A DNA stretch of 64,000 nt from Octopus vulgaris. Its lineage: Eukaryota. The stretch is from assembly GCA_951406725.2 (NCBI GenBank), contig OX597820.1, positions 67,828,001-67,892,000 of the forward strand, written 5' to 3'. The position numbers and the translations under genes were made by a program. Shown here piece by piece: positions 25,475 to 40,535 of the stretch. Position 1 is the first letter of the stretch; each line of letters starts with the position of its first letter. The notes beneath the pieces are model-generated. The model was not told where the DNA came from, did not search any database, and saw nothing but the letters and a program-made list of their open reading frames with translations.

Positions 25475-25829
25475 GTCTGTCTGTCTGTCTGTCTGTCAGT
25501 CTGTCTGTCTGTCTGTTTATATATATCTGTTTGTATGTTTATAAGCATTGTACACACATATGCACCGATGATAGTAACTCTTTCCTCACTCTACTTTTGC
25601 TCTCTCTCTCTCTCCCTTTCCCTCTTCCACTCATGCACACACACACACTCCTTTATACACAAACATACTCCCAAACATAAATTCTCACAGTTAAGATTCT
25701 GACTTGTAACTTTTGGACATAGCTCTCTCTTCACATGCCGAGACTTTGCCGCTCTCTTTCGCTTACTTTTTCTATCTTACACAGTTTATCTGTTACTATG
25801 ATTCTACGTGTGTTATTTAGTTTCATAGT

Positions 25830-26125
25830 GAAGGCGAGTGTCTTAGTTTTTAGGGTATTCGGTTCACGATCGCAAGGTCGTGAGTTCAATTCCCGGCGAC
25901 GCGTTGAGTCCTTGAGCAAGACACTTTATTTCACTGTCACTCAGTTGGCAAAAGTGAGTTGTACCTGTACTTCAAAGGGCCAGATTTGTCATATTCTGTG
26001 TCGCTTTGAATCTCTCCGAGAACTCCACTAAGGGTCAGTCACATGTATGTTAATTTCACCTGCAAGCTGTTCCGTTGATCGGATCAATTGGAACCCTCGT
26101 CGCCGTAACTGGCGGAGTACCAGTC
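25830..26125 (+). mobile_element. tRNA-derived SINE family D
   Basis: tRNA-like head ...GGTCGTGAGTTCAATTCCCGG followed by GTCCTTGAGCAAGACACTT. Second copy at 29783-30087 (-). Confidence 0.7.
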
Positions 26126-26599
26126 AGTAACCCTATTTTCATGCATGCAAGTCTGGACGCAATCATTCCAGTTTCAATTTCCCTGAATGACATTTTAGTT
26201 GTATTTTAGCTGCACCTTGCGCGTACACAAAATTTGTGGGTGAAATTTTTTAAGACGAAACTCTATGGAAGCTAGTTGAATAGACTTTAATTCAAACGAG
26301 CGGATTATATTCACACTGCATCGCAATGATTCTGGCTGAGGATTACATAAGAGATGCTCATTTTTCTACAAAATTCAGCCAATTGCTGTATAATTCAGAG
26401 AACGGGTAGCTGAGTTGATCTAACAGCATGAATGCTCATCGTAGAAATCGACAGAGATCCATATACTTGTATTTTTTCTTTTAAAACTTTTTCAGTGTGT
26501 GTGCGTGTGTGTGCCTGTGTGTGCGTGCGAGTGTGTGTTTATATATATGTATAAATATGTATATATATGTATAAATATATACATGTATGTGTGTTTATA

Positions 26600-26644
<45 letters not shown>

Positions 26645-27645
26645 ATAAAGCTATATATATATATGTTTATATATATTTATGTATGTATATGTCTATATAT
26701 ATATGTTTATATATAAATATATATATGAATATGCATATATGTATATATATGTATCTGTATTTGTGTGTGTGTGTGTGTAAGTATGTGGGTGTGTACGTGT
26801 ATTCATGCTTGCTTGCGTGTGTCAGTGTGCATACTTGTATTAGCGCATCCGTGTGTATACCTCACTGATTATTCGTGTACCTCTCTCGCTCTCTCGCTCT
26901 CACCCCTTTCTCTCTCCCTATTTCTCTTTCTCACTTTCTCTCACTCCTCACTCTCTCTCTCTCTCTCTCTCTCTCTAGCTGTGAGTGCAGGCGAGTGTGT
27001 ATGTGTTTGATAGCTGTAGTATATACGCGTGAGAATGTGTGCAGAAGGGAAATGGTAAAATCGTTAAGTGTAGTAATATCGAGTGAGGGCATTTCAATAT
27101 ATCTCTGCGTATGACACTTAATTCTATATACCTCCGGTCACCTAAATGCCATAAATATCTAACAAATATGTCCTGTCAATGTTACTGATTATAGAGCCAT
27201 GCTTCAGCCAGGAGCAGAATAGAATTCTTCTAACATGCATAACGTGGTTGAATCTGTTCGAAGGCTAAGCGGTAGCTTTGTGTATGACAAAGATACTCGT
27301 AAACACTTCCATACTGTCATGTATGTATGTATTCATGTATATATGTATATGTATGCATATATAAGTGAGTGTGGACGTATGGCTGCGCGTACGTATATAT
27401 GACTGTATGTTTGTATAAGTATGGATATATTATATATTTCTGACTTCAATCTATTTTTTTCTGTTTCTAATCTCGTCGTTCACTTTGGCTTACTCTTAAA
27501 TTCGTGTGTGACTTTGTCTATAGGTGTTTATGTCTTCATGCATATAAACAATATGTACGTATACATATATACATACATATATACATTTATGGAGTTAAGT
27601 ATCTATATATGTACGCGTATCTGTCTGTCTTTTGTATGTCCTCCG

Positions 27646-27745
<100 letters not shown>

Positions 27746-27871
27746 CGATTCTGTTTGTATGTGTAGATGTCTATCAACAGCTATATATACATGTGTATAT
27801 AATGAGAAAGAAAAAGAGAGAGAAGGAGAGAAGAAAGAAATAGTGAAAAGTGTAAAGAGATAGATTGACAA

Positions 27872-27943
<72 letters not shown>

Positions 27944-27945
<2 letters not shown>

Positions 27946-28242
27946 AGGCGCAATGGCCCAGTTGTTAGGGCAGCGGACTCGCGGTCGTAGGATCGTGGTT
28001 TCGATTCCCAGACCTGGCGTTGTGAGTGCTTATTGAGCGAAAACACCTAAAGCTCCACGAGCTCCGGCAGGGGGTGGTGCCAATCCCTGCTGTACTCTTT
28101 CGCCACAACTTTTTCTCACTCTTTCTTCTGTTGGCCTACTCGCTTAGTCAGCGGGGTGGCGTCATTTGAAGGCTCAAACAAGGCGAAGCGCATTGTGACC
28201 AGCGATGTGTAGCAACATCTGATAGCCTTGTCGGTCACGGTG

Positions 28243-28243
<1 letters not shown>
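27944..28243 (+). mobile_element. tRNA(Arg-like)-derived SINE family C in (TA)n
   Basis: GGAGGCGCAATGGCCCAGTTGTTAGGGCAGCGGACTCGCGGTCGTAGGATCGTGGTTTCGATTCCC. Related copy at 49421-49721 (-). Confidence 0.75.
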
Positions 28244-28279
<36 letters not shown>

Positions 28280-28281
<2 letters not shown>

Positions 28282-28640
28282 TAGATGCAAGTCCCACATA
28301 TAAATTTAAGTCAGGTCAAACTTTCACCGTAAAAAAAAGCACATTCACCTGTGTATAGAACTTAATCTATATCCTCAAATATTGTGGGTGTGTTGGAGAC
28401 TACATAGGTCCAACTAGTTTGACATTGAGGGACAGACTGACAGTACACAAGCAACAAATCTGGGACCACATGACCAGGAAAATTCCCGTAGGGAAACATC
28501 TCCAGCAATACCCCACAGACAAATTCGAAATACCAAACCTTTCCTCTCTATCAATGCACCGGAAGCACTTCAACCCAATTCCGATTGAACAAAGAAAGCA
28601 TACTCATTAAAAAATATAAACCACAGCTAAATACCCATTA
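28280..28640 (+). pseudogene. Penelope-like element GIY-YIG endonuclease remnant
   Basis: FTCV*NLIYILK.CGCVGDYIGPTSLTLRDRLTVHKQQI...GKHL...IKKYKPQLN matches the NLIY...C..C...YIG.T..L..R...H pattern; frameshifted. Confidence 0.75.
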
Positions 28641-29146
28641 GAAAGAAGAAAGCAAAAACTTAATTTCTCCACAAAAACAAAATACAAAACAACCAGGTAC
28701 AACAGACATAATTCGAAAACTTTAGTAACAGTCTTTCTCTTGGGTTTCGAAACTGCAACTCCAAATTACTATACAATAACACCACACAACTTCTCAAACA
28801 CCAGTTGGTGATGTCACTAGACCCATGAAATTTTACCTCCGATCAGAACCGGACCCTCTGGGAAAAACAAACTGACTCCTTAAGAGAATCAACCAGCCGG
28901 AATGGAAGTCAACCAAGCAGAACGCCAAACTTGACCACCAGAAAGAATAAGACGTCATCAGATTTATAACGAATCAAAATTTAGGTCCGTTTTCGGAAAA
29001 ACATATACATACGCTGATTCCAAAACACTCCGTTAAAAGCGAAAAGCTCTGTACACGACGAATAAAAGAATCACACGCAAGATGACAAACTTTTTTACTC
29101 TCTTGACTGGGTACAATGTACAAGTATATATAAATATATATTTATG

Positions 29147-29188
<42 letters not shown>

Positions 29189-29217
29189 GATATATACATA
29201 TATACATATATACATAT

Positions 29218-29272
<55 letters not shown>

Positions 29273-29490
29273 TGTATATATACATATATATATGTACATA
29301 TGTATATATACATATATATATATAAGCATATGTATATATATAAATATATATATATATACATATGTATACGTATATTTATATATACGTATATATATGTATA
29401 TATATGTACGTATGTATATATACATATATATATATATACATATATATACATGTAGGTATATGTTTATCAATATCTATATCTATCTAGCGG

Positions 29491-29528
<38 letters not shown>

Positions 29529-29782
29529 TATATATACGCACGCGCGCACACACACACAGTCACATATAATAATATCAACTTGACTCAGTTTCGCATGACT
29601 TACTGTGGTAGGCGCATATGACACGTAAAACTCATTTGATGGGATGTAGGCCCTGATGAGATGGAGGCCCACACAAAAATGTAATTAATCTGGATTTGAG
29701 TCGCACTGTTATTATAAATATGTGTTGAATGAATGTTCTATTTTTTCTTTTGTTTACTCATTTATATAAATACATAAAAAAA

Positions 29783-30087
29783 AAGCTGGCACACCGTCGT
29801 TTGCGACGACGCGGGTTCCAGTTGATCCGATGAACAGAACAGCCTGCTAATGAAAATAACATGCAAGTGGCTGAGCACTCCACTAACACGCATACCCTTA
29901 ACGTAGTTCTCAGGGAGATTCTGCGTGATACAGAATCTCACAAGGTACTATTCATTTTTGCCATCTGAGTGGCCTGGAGCGACGTGAAATAGTGTGTTAC
30001 TCAAAGACACAGCGCATCACCGGGAATAGAACTCACTCCCTTATGATCGTGAGCCAAATACCCTAACCGCTAAACCACGCGCCTTCG
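29783..30087 (-). mobile_element. SINE family D copy
   Basis: Reverse complement matches 25830-26125 (GAAGGCGCGTGGTTTAGCGGTTAGGG head; GGATCAACTGGAACC tail). Confidence 0.7.
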
Positions 30088-30205
30088 TATATATATTTAT
30101 ATATGTACGTGCATGTGTGTGTGTGTGTGTGTGTATGTGTGTGTGTGTGTGTGAGTGTGTGTGTGTGAGTGTGTGTGTGTGAGTGAGTGTGGGTGTGTGT
30201 GTGTG

Positions 30206-30755
30206 TTAAATAAAATGAAACAATAAAGCCAAGGCGGTGTGAAATTTTCAGGACATTTATGAAGAGAAAGTTAATCTTACAGCTGTTTCCGAGATATTAG
30301 GGATATCCCTTCATCAGAAACGATGTGAGATGGTTAAACAGAGGGAAATATTAGAGTTCAATACAACGAGTTAGTTTATAAATTTTTATTTGTACATTCA
30401 TTCTACTATTTCCCTCTATACTCCTTATTTCCTTCCTTTTCCAAAATAACTCCTTATACTGAATTCTACTATTTCCCTCTAGTTAACTCTCTCATATCGT
30501 CTCTGATGAAGGGATATCCCTAATTTCCCAGAAACAGCTGTAAGACTAACTTTCTCTTCATAAATGTCTTGAAAATTCCACACAGCCTTGGCTTTGTTGT
30601 CTCATTTTATTTAACATATACATGCTCATAAAAGACCCGCATTAGACTCCTCCCTCTTATCATTATCGAACCGAGAGTTTAACTATGGTCCTTTCATAGC
30701 ACTTACATAGCGTTACCTGCCACCTTGGGGCTTCTGGATACCATACCTCTCATAT
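30206..30755. mobile_element. Penelope-like insertion with inverted terminal duplication and two hammerhead motifs
   Basis: ~160-bp inverted arms at about 30206-30363 and 30455-30616. CTGATGA..GAAACAGCTGTA in both arms. Confidence 0.75.
30499..30546 (+). ncRNA. Type I hammerhead ribozyme motif (canonical core)
   Basis: GTCT-CTGATGA-AGGGA..TCCCA-GAA-ACAGCTGT-A-AGAC: stem I GTCT/AGAC, palindromic stem III, GUA cleavage triplet. Confidence 0.7.
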
Positions 30756-31101
30756 ATACATATGGTCGAAATATTTATTCTGTACAATCCTTATGAAATC
30801 ATTTTTTCAGATTGAGTTAAGTGGATTTCAACTGCATGGGACTATATTACACTCTTACGTATTGGTATACAACGTGGTTTGTAGCCTGGTTCACTAAAGG
30901 AACTTTTTTGTAATTACCAATGGATTATATAAATTCATATACTGTATATTAAATTTAAACACGCACGCACACACACACATGAACACACAAACTCGTGAAG
31001 GTATATGTATGTATATGCAAGCCACATTCTATACCACACAACTACCCTTGCGCATATTTATATAAATGAACATTATAGATTTTTTACTTCCTTAGGAGAG
31101 C

Positions 31102-31156
<55 letters not shown>

Positions 31157-31224
31157 TCTGTGTTTTCTTTTCGCCGTGTATTTACTACACGTCTTTTGGG
31201 ATTATATATATATATATATATATA

Positions 31225-31392
31225 TTATCTCTTTACTTTCTCTCCTTGTTTCTTTCTGTGTTCCTTTCTGTGGAAGAGCGTAGGCTCGAAACGTTAAAGA
31301 CTTTTTCACTTCGTGAGCGTTAAACTAATACATCTGTTTGTTGTCTACACCACCTGTCTTCGTCTGTTGTTTTTTATGTGAATTCTCCCTAT
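31225..31392 (+). mobile_element. Penelope-like short repeat with hammerhead-like motif (31264-31299), in (TA)n
   Basis: CTTT-CTGTGGA-A-GAGC GTAG GCTC-GAA-ACGT-T-AAAG. Homologous to 2449-2765. Confidence 0.65.
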
Positions 31393-31456
31393 ATATATAC
31401 ATATATATATATATATGTATATGTATATGTATATGTATATATATATATATATACAC

Positions 31457-31537
<81 letters not shown>

Positions 31538-31589
31538 CATATACATACAAGTATGTCACATTTTCGTTTTTTGTCTTTTTATTTAATCC

Positions 31590-31633
<44 letters not shown>

Positions 31634-31843
31634 AATTGAGATAGGGGTTGTACATTCCTTTATGTACACTGATTTGTTCTGCTTTTTATATTTAACCCTA
31701 CAGTCTCTTATGTGGTGGTTTAATAAAGTATGTGATTGAGTATTATCTGGTAATTGATATTTGATTTAGATGTATTTCTCCATTTTCTTATCTTGTATAT
31801 ATATATATATATATTTATAATATATACATGCATATATATTTAT

Positions 31844-32676
<833 letters not shown>

Positions 32677-32683
32677 TATATAC

Positions 32684-33118
32684 ATACTCTTTATATTCTT
32701 TTAATTGTTTCAGTCATTTGACTGTGGCCAAGCTGAAGCACCGCCTTTAGTCGAGCACATCGACCACAGGACTTATTCTTTGTAAGCCTAGTGCTTATTC
32801 TATCTGTCTCTCTTCCCGAACCGCTAAGTGACGGGGACGTAAACACACCAGCATCGCTTGTCAAGCGATGTTAGGGGCGGGGGACAAACACAGACACACA
32901 ATCATACACACACACACACACACACACACTCATACACACACATATATATATATACGACGGGCTTCTTTCAGTTTCTGTCAACCAAATCCACTCACAAGGA
33001 TTTGTTCGACCCGAGTCTATAGTAGAAGACACTTGCCCAAGGTGCGACGCAGTGGGACTGAAGCCGGAACCATGTGGTTGGTAAGCAAGCTGCTTCCCAC
33101 ACAGCTACTCCTGCGCCT
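32684..33118 (-). mobile_element. SINE A, full length
   Basis: Complete match with an internal (CA)n/(TA)n tract. Confidence 0.9.
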
Positions 33119-33179
33119 ATTACATACATAAATATATGCACACATACATACATACATACATACATACATACATACATAC

Positions 33180-33210
<31 letters not shown>

Positions 33211-33579
33211 CATACATTCAAACGCACACACACACACACGCACACACACACATATTTTAAGAATGCAAGGATGATGAAAATATAAGATTTTGTGGTTTTG
33301 ATGAGTTTTCCTAATAGCTCTAGTAGCAGTAAATAAAGTGTAATTATCTCCAAGTAAGAATTGAAACCGCTCGTCTCAGCTGTATACTGTGGTAGTAGTG
33401 GTGGTGATGGGTTGGTTACCTTTGTTTAGTCGTGCTCTTATCAAACTAGGTAATCTATATTTCATGAGGTAAATCATTCGCTGGAAGGAAGGTAATTTGT
33501 AGATTAATAGGTAGGTGTGGGGGGTTTGCTAAGACGAGAGTGGGGTTGGTTCGAGCATAGATTATTTTGTGTGTATGTT

Positions 33580-33628
<49 letters not shown>

Positions 33629-33779
33629 AGGTTGGTGGTGGGGTGGGGGCGTAGTTAGAAAAGTATAATGAATCAGTAAAAGATGTTATGATATATGAGT
33701 CGATAAGTAAATTTATAATAAATCTAAACCGACAAACGATGGCAAAAAAAACTAAAAAATTTAAACAAAAAAACGGAAT

Positions 33780-33815
33780 ACACCACCATCATCAAGTACC
33801 ACCACCACCACCACC

Positions 33816-33847
<32 letters not shown>

Positions 33848-33992
33848 CAACAACTACTACTACTACTATTACGACTACTCAAAACTGACAAACGATGACA
33901 AAAAGAATAAATATGACCACCACCACCACAAACACCATTAGCACCACTATCAGCACCACCAGCACTACCAGCACCACCACCACCTACTACTA

Positions 33993-34030
<38 letters not shown>

Positions 34031-34032
34031 AT

Positions 34033-34089
<57 letters not shown>

Positions 34090-34130
34090 CACCACAACCA
34101 CCACCACTACTACTACTACTGCGGCTGCTT
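33780..34130. repeat. Compound trinucleotide microsatellite (CAC/CAA/TAC/TGC)
   Basis: Direct reading; two blocks, each preceded by GACAAACGATG.CAAAAA. Confidence 0.9.
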
Positions 34131-34542
34131 GTAGAAGTTGAAGAAGAATTAGAACAACGGTAACCTGGTAAAATCAAAGACAAAAACTCTCGCAGTAAAA
34201 AATAAATAAAAATGAATGTATAACAAGAAACTCTATTCATATTAGGAACGAAAATGCAGATTGAATACTATATCAGCTAGGTTGTATTATCGATCGAAAA
34301 TCAATATAAAGTGCATAGAGTTTTCATCTCGGGGCAATTAGATACAGTGATCTGCAGTTTCATTATATCTATCAGCTTTGATGTAATATAGCTATTGATT
34401 TTTAGTGATACTCGATACAGTTTGTTTCACGGGAGAAGTTTTGTTAAGCATCCAAAACATAGATGTTTTGCTTACTAACTTACAAGTATAGAGTAAAATA
34501 GCATGTACGCTCTGTTTATATATGTATATATGTTCGTGTATG

Positions 34543-34589
<47 letters not shown>

Positions 34590-34670
34590 TGTATATGTTT
34601 ATATATATGAATATATATGTATATAGATGTGTGTGTCTCTATACATAATGCATTCACACACATATGTGTT

Positions 34671-34766
<96 letters not shown>

Positions 34767-35164
34767 CATACATGCACACACATTAAGGCGTTTAAGTTTT
34801 CAAACAAGAGAAACGAACTCATTTCAGAAATTAGAGACGAGCTTAATCTTTTCAGATTTCGCGTTACCGCTGATCGCATAACTTATACAGGGGGAGAATT
34901 CTCAACTATGTAATACACACGTACACACACACACACACACAGACACACACACACACACACACACGCGCGCGCGCACACAACACAGACACACACACGCACT
35001 CACAAATCTGTTCCTTGGTATTGGACTAACGATAAAATGTTTCAAAATAAGTAACGTCAGACGTACGTCCGTATATCTGAAGAAAGTTTTGTAGGGAATC
35101 TGACACCCATAACCCACCCCCAATCAAAATAAAAGAATTCAATTCTTTATTATATCACCATATT

Positions 35165-35381
35165 TGGCGGTGAGCTGGCGGAATCGTTAGCACGTCGGGC
35201 GAAATGCTTGGCGTCATTTAGTCTGTCATCACGTTCTGAGTTCAAATGCCACTGGGGTCGCCTTTGCCTTTTATCCTTTCGGGGTCGATAAAGTAAGTAC
35301 CAGTTGAGTTCTGGGGTCGAAATAATCGACTTATCCCCTCCCCTAAATTCCAGGCCTGTGCCTATAATAGACAGGATTATC
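35165..35381 (+). mobile_element. SINE B monomer
   Basis: Head GGCGGTGAGCTGGCGGAATCGTTAGC. TSD TCACCATATT at 35155-35164 and 35382-35391. Confidence 0.85.
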
Positions 35382-35560
35382 TCACCATATTACAAAACAT
35401 TATCGGCATTTCTGGTGACCGATAGAAAGACAAAATATCTCATAGCATTTCACATATACATCCAAATAAACACACATACTCAAACACACGCATTAGTTGG
35501 GAACATACAGCTATTAGACATAAAGACAAGTTATAATAATTGCACATAAAAAAAAACGAC

Positions 35561-35596
<36 letters not shown>

Positions 35597-35953
35597 AAAA
35601 CTCGTTGGGAAAAGACGCACTTGACACACGCATGCATGCATCAATTAACAAAAATAGAGGGGATTAATTAGAACTAACATAAAAACACACATACGTGCGT
35701 GAAGACGCTTACACACTCATACACTCATACACCTAGAAATGCACGTGGACATAAAATACAGACTCAAGCCTGGACGCATATGCACACATTCACACATGCA
35801 CGCATGCAAAACACATACACACACAATGAGTTCTTGAAAAAGAAAACAAATTCTCTGACAGCCGTTTGTTTATTAACTAAATAGCAAATCTTAAAAGCCG
35901 TACGTTTTATTAGCTCGAATTTTTTTCTCAAAGATTTCGTTTTCTCACCTAAG

Positions 35954-35991
<38 letters not shown>

Positions 35992-36044
35992 TTATTTCAG
36001 TCTCGACCACTTCTTTCTGTCCCTCTAATTCTCTCTCAGTTTGT

Positions 36045-36225
36045 TTTTACTTGTCTCAGTCATTGGACTACGGCCATGCTGGGGCACCGCCTTGAAGGGT
36101 TTGGTAGAACAAATCAACTCAAGAATTTAATTTTTTTTTTTATACATCTGGTGCTTATTCTGGCATTTTCTTTCTGCTGAACCACTGGCTGGGCGGGGTG
36201 GGGGCGGGGATACAGACAGAGAAAG

Positions 36226-36270
<45 letters not shown>

Positions 36271-36445
36271 AGCACACACGCACACACGTATGCACACACA
36301 CACACACACACAGACATAACGGGATTCTTTCAATTTCCGTCTACCAAACCCATTCACAAATCGTTACTTGCACAAGTACAACGCACTGGGACTGAACTCA
36401 AAACCGTGTGGCTGGGAAACAAGCTTCTTACCACACAGCCACGCG
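36045..36445 (-). mobile_element. Degraded SINE A (a further tail half lies at 36515-36720)
   Basis: GGCCATGCTGGGGCACCGCC tail and GGGACTGAACTC..CTTCTTACCACACAGCCAC head. Confidence 0.75.
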
Positions 36446-36711
36446 TGTATAAATTATACACAGTGTAAGTTAGTACATCTGTATATATAATGCACACACA
36501 CACACACACATATATATATTCTTTTATTCTTTTACTTGTTTCAGTCATTTGATTTCGGCCATACTGGAGCACCACTTTTAGTCGAACAATTCGACCCCAG
36601 GACTTATTCTTTGTAAGCCTAGTACTTATTCTGTCGGTCGCTTTTGCCGAACCGCTATGTTACGTGGACGTAAACACACCAACCCCGGTTGTCAAGCGAC
36701 GGTGGGGCGGG

Positions 36712-36751
<40 letters not shown>

Positions 36752-37113
36752 ACACAGACACACACACACACACACACGCACGCATACATATATCTGGAGA
36801 ATGCGAACCATTCTGTTTTGTTTATTTTTGGAGAACTCAATCATTTCTACGATCTGCTGTTACGTAGCCCTGTGCACCGATGAAATCTGTAGCCTGGATG
36901 TAAGAACTATAAGTTTCTCATCAGTTCCCGTTGCCTCTCAGTGTTTGAAGGGGTATTTACACTGAACAACAGTGCATGTTTTGCTCCCTGTCCTGGCGTA
37001 CAACATAGCCATGAATAATAGGAAATTGTAAACTAATATCATTAGGGATCACAGAACGCCCGTTAGCTAATCAGTCCCTTAGAAAGAAGTTAGATGCAGC
37101 CATTTATAACAGA

Positions 37114-37407
37114 CTAGCAGTATCGCCCGGCGTTGCTCGGGTTTGTAAGGGAAATAACTATATAAGCATTTTTAGAGAGTTACTTCCCTTATTTAATAGC
37201 AAAAAATGCATTAAAAATGGGAAAAAATGATGGTATTTTTTTTTAATCGTAGACTCATAGTAGACGCGCGCTATACCCAGAAGGGTTCGATATGAATCAC
37301 GACTATAAGATACCCGCTTTTGGTTAAACTGCACCGCAAAATGTGGGAGTAGTTAGGAATCTAAATCGTAGGAGACAGACACACAACTTCACTTTTATAT
37401 ATAAAGA
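37114..37407 (-). mobile_element. Complete non-autonomous Helitron (294 bp)
   Basis: Minus strand starts TC and ends hairpin CCCGAGCAACGCCGGG + CTAG. Inserted between A and T with no TSD. Confidence 0.88.
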
Positions 37408-37669
37408 TGTCACGTAATTTCAATTTAAACGGAGATTTTACAATCCTGTTCATTCATTTAAGTATTTAGGTAAGCGCTAATCTCCATCCTTGGCTGAATC
37501 GATATTCGACCTAAAGATGATAGAAAGCCCATATGTAATTCTTTTTCTGAAATATAGCATTGCTACTCATAAATAACACCCTCCGTAAAAGGCTTAACTT
37601 GAGGTCTCTGGATGAGACTTCGAATAGCAGCAACAACAAAAAACTTAATAATGATAATAATAACAATGT

Positions 37670-38150
37670 TTTCAAATTTTGGAACAAGAACGTCAATTTC
37701 GAGGAATGAGATAAGTTTGTTACATCGACCCCAGTACTCAACTGGTACTTATTTTATCGATGTCAATAGAATGAAAGGCAAAGTCGATCTCGGCAGCATT
37801 TGATCTCAGAACTTTAAGACGGACGAAATGCCACTAAGCGTTTGCCCGGTGTGCGCCAGCTCACAGCCCTTCTATTAAGCATTAACATATAAACTGTATT
37901 AGAAAATAAAGGAAACTATGAGAGAAAATACCAGAAAAATATTACAAAAAATATCAAATCGTAATGTGGTAGGAGCAACACCTATGTGCAGGATTGCAAA
38001 TGTGTGTACATGGGGAATAACCCTTTCTGCTATAGGCTCAAGGTCTGAAATTGTAGGTGAGGGAGATTACGTTGATCCCCAGTGTTTCACTGGTACTTAA
38101 TTTACCGACCCCTAATGGATGAAAGGCGAAGTCAATCTCGGCGGAATTTC
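37670..38150 (-). mobile_element. Two degraded SINE B copies
   Basis: ATGAAAGGCAAAGTCGATCTCGGC at ~37770 and GAAAGGCGAAGTCAATCTCGGCGGAATTT at ~38120. Confidence 0.7.
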
Positions 38151-38654
38151 TATGTGTTGGAATAAGATCGTTACTAATAATATTAAGATCAACTAAAGTG
38201 AATGAATTTTGTGAGGAAGTCAGATTGTCAAGAACTGGTATTAAATTTTAAGAAACTAAGATTTAAGTTATAGCGATTCCAGGTACACTATAAGAGAAAA
38301 AAGTCTAAGAATATGAAGCTTTCCGAAAGTCCTCTTGTGTATAAGCGAGAATCATCTAATTAACATCACGATACGTTTGGTTAGCAAATTATCCCTATTG
38401 TTTATGATTCTAATTGATTAATTTAGCAGATGTTGCATTCACTCTCGCCACATATAAAGAAAGCAGTTTTAACTAATACTGACCAAGAAATTTCGTATGA
38501 GATTCCTGTCATTTTTTAGGTCGTATATCAGTTCAGCCAAGGATGTGAATATAAGTGAATATAATTGTAAAATTTCCGTTTAAATTAGGATTTCGGTAAT
38601 AGTTTGTTGAAATATTTGTGAGTTTGAAAGATTTTAAAAGATTAAAATATTCTT

Positions 38655-39350
38655 AAGTTGACCCCACTTTTCTTAGGATGTGCCATATACACACTAGAAA
38701 GCCATTCGATATTATCCTCAAAACTCCGATGGTCACAAGTAAAGATATCGTTCTTAGATGCTGCATTCTTGAAAACTTTATTTCTTGGTTCTTGCATTTA
38801 CTTAACTTTTCCAACGTTTTCGCTGAGATTTGCAATATACTGGGATTGACATACACGAACCAACATATTTCGTCAATATTTTTCACAACAATATCTGGTC
38901 TATTAGCCTGAAATTCTCGATTAGCTTGACTACTAAAGTCCCAAAGAACTATGATGCCTTTATTTTTTACTACTTTGGTAGGCTTATGTCCAGACTAGTT
39001 CTTCTCATGTATGGAGTCCAAATTGACAGCATATAATTCAGTGCAAATACTGACCAAATCTCTCATTCAATTAGCTTATTTAGTAGAGGCTAACACTGAA
39101 GGGCCAGAGATGAGGTACTGCAAGAGTGACAAGAAGCATCTGCATCACTTTTAAAATGTTGGCATGGTAATTTCTAGTGGGTAGACACCAATACTGATTT
39201 CCTGTGATAAAGTGCTCAGTTTCTGAGTGCAGTCCAGATGCAGCCAGCCTTTGATGGGTCATACATGTATTAACACCGGTGTTACTTGCCTTTGTAGGGT
39301 ACTTAACATGTAAAGACTTAATTCTTCTGTTTTAACGCAGCTCTAAGATT
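38655..39350 (-). pseudogene. Old R4/Dong-type RLE LINE C-terminal remnant
   Basis: Minus-strand THQRLAASGLHSETEHFI..LPTRNY, IIVLWDF..ANRPDIVVKN, LEKLSK..EI..., HILRKV. Confidence 0.75.
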
Positions 39351-39909
39351 CCTGATGCATTCATTGGTTTTGATTTTACAGGCGGTTTTTCTGGGAACAG
39401 AATTCTAACAGACAAAAGCGCCATCAATTTTATATCACAGGATCCAAAATTATTTAATGGTTAATCCCTGGTTATTTTCGAAAATACACACGTACATATA
39501 CTGGCGCACATAGATGCATAAACATGCACCAAAATCCACATACTTGCGAAGCAAACCTCTTAACCAAAGAGCCATGCTTGCTTTTGTCTATGGTCTAACA
39601 TCCTATGCAGTTCATGTTAGTGTCTCTCAATGTCGCGTATATTTGTGGTTTCTGAAATGAAGATAGATTGAATAAGCACCGGACTAAAATACGCAATGAG
39701 TCGAACGAATAGGAACGACTAAATCCTTACAGGTTTTGCATTAGCTTCCAGGCCTGAATAAATGCCTGAAATTAGTCAAATCACATACATACATACATAC
39801 ATACATACATACATGTGTGTGGGTGTGTATGTATATTTACGTGCACACACATACACACACATAATGTATATAATATATATGAATGAATAACCATATATAT
39901 ATATATGTA

Positions 39910-40053
39910 TGCTTACCAGCCACATGGTTCCGGGTTCAGTTCCACTGCATGGCACCTTGGGCAAGTGTCTTCTACTATAGCCTCGGGCCGACCAAAGTCT
40001 TGTGAGTGGATTTGGTAGACGGAAACTGATAGAAGCCCGTCGTATATATATAC

Positions 40054-40104
<51 letters not shown>

Positions 40105-40330
40105 TGTGTATGTTTGTGTGTCTGTGTTTGTCCCCCCCCCCCGCCAACATCGCTTGTCAACCGATGTCGTTGTGTTTTCGCCCCCGTAACTTAGCGGTTC
40201 GGCAAAAGCAACCGATGGAATAAGTACTGGGTTTCCAAAGAATAATTCCTGGGATCGATTTGCTCGACTAAAGGCGGTGCTCCACAGCATGGCCACAGCA
40301 GTTAAATGACGGAAACAAGTAATAGAGAGA
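39910..40330 (+). mobile_element. SINE A (head slightly truncated)
   Basis: GCTTACCAGCCACATGGTTCCGGGTTCAG...GGAAACAAGTAATAGAG. Confidence 0.88.
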
Positions 40331-40385
<55 letters not shown>

Positions 40386-40484
40386 TGAACAAACATTCAC
40401 GCAGACACACATAAATATATAAATATACCTTAAATAGCATTGATAGAGAGCTCGCCAGACAACATATGCATACAAAAAATATAC

Positions 40485-40535
<51 letters not shown>

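Noticed and set aside
27944-28015. tRNA gene
   Set aside because: The tRNA-like head continues into a repeated SINE body, the acceptor stem does not close, and there is no Pol III terminator.
33688-34240. Homopolymeric amino-acid ORFs (poly-P/T/Y/H/V/S)
   Set aside because: Compound trinucleotide microsatellite with no flanking coding signal.
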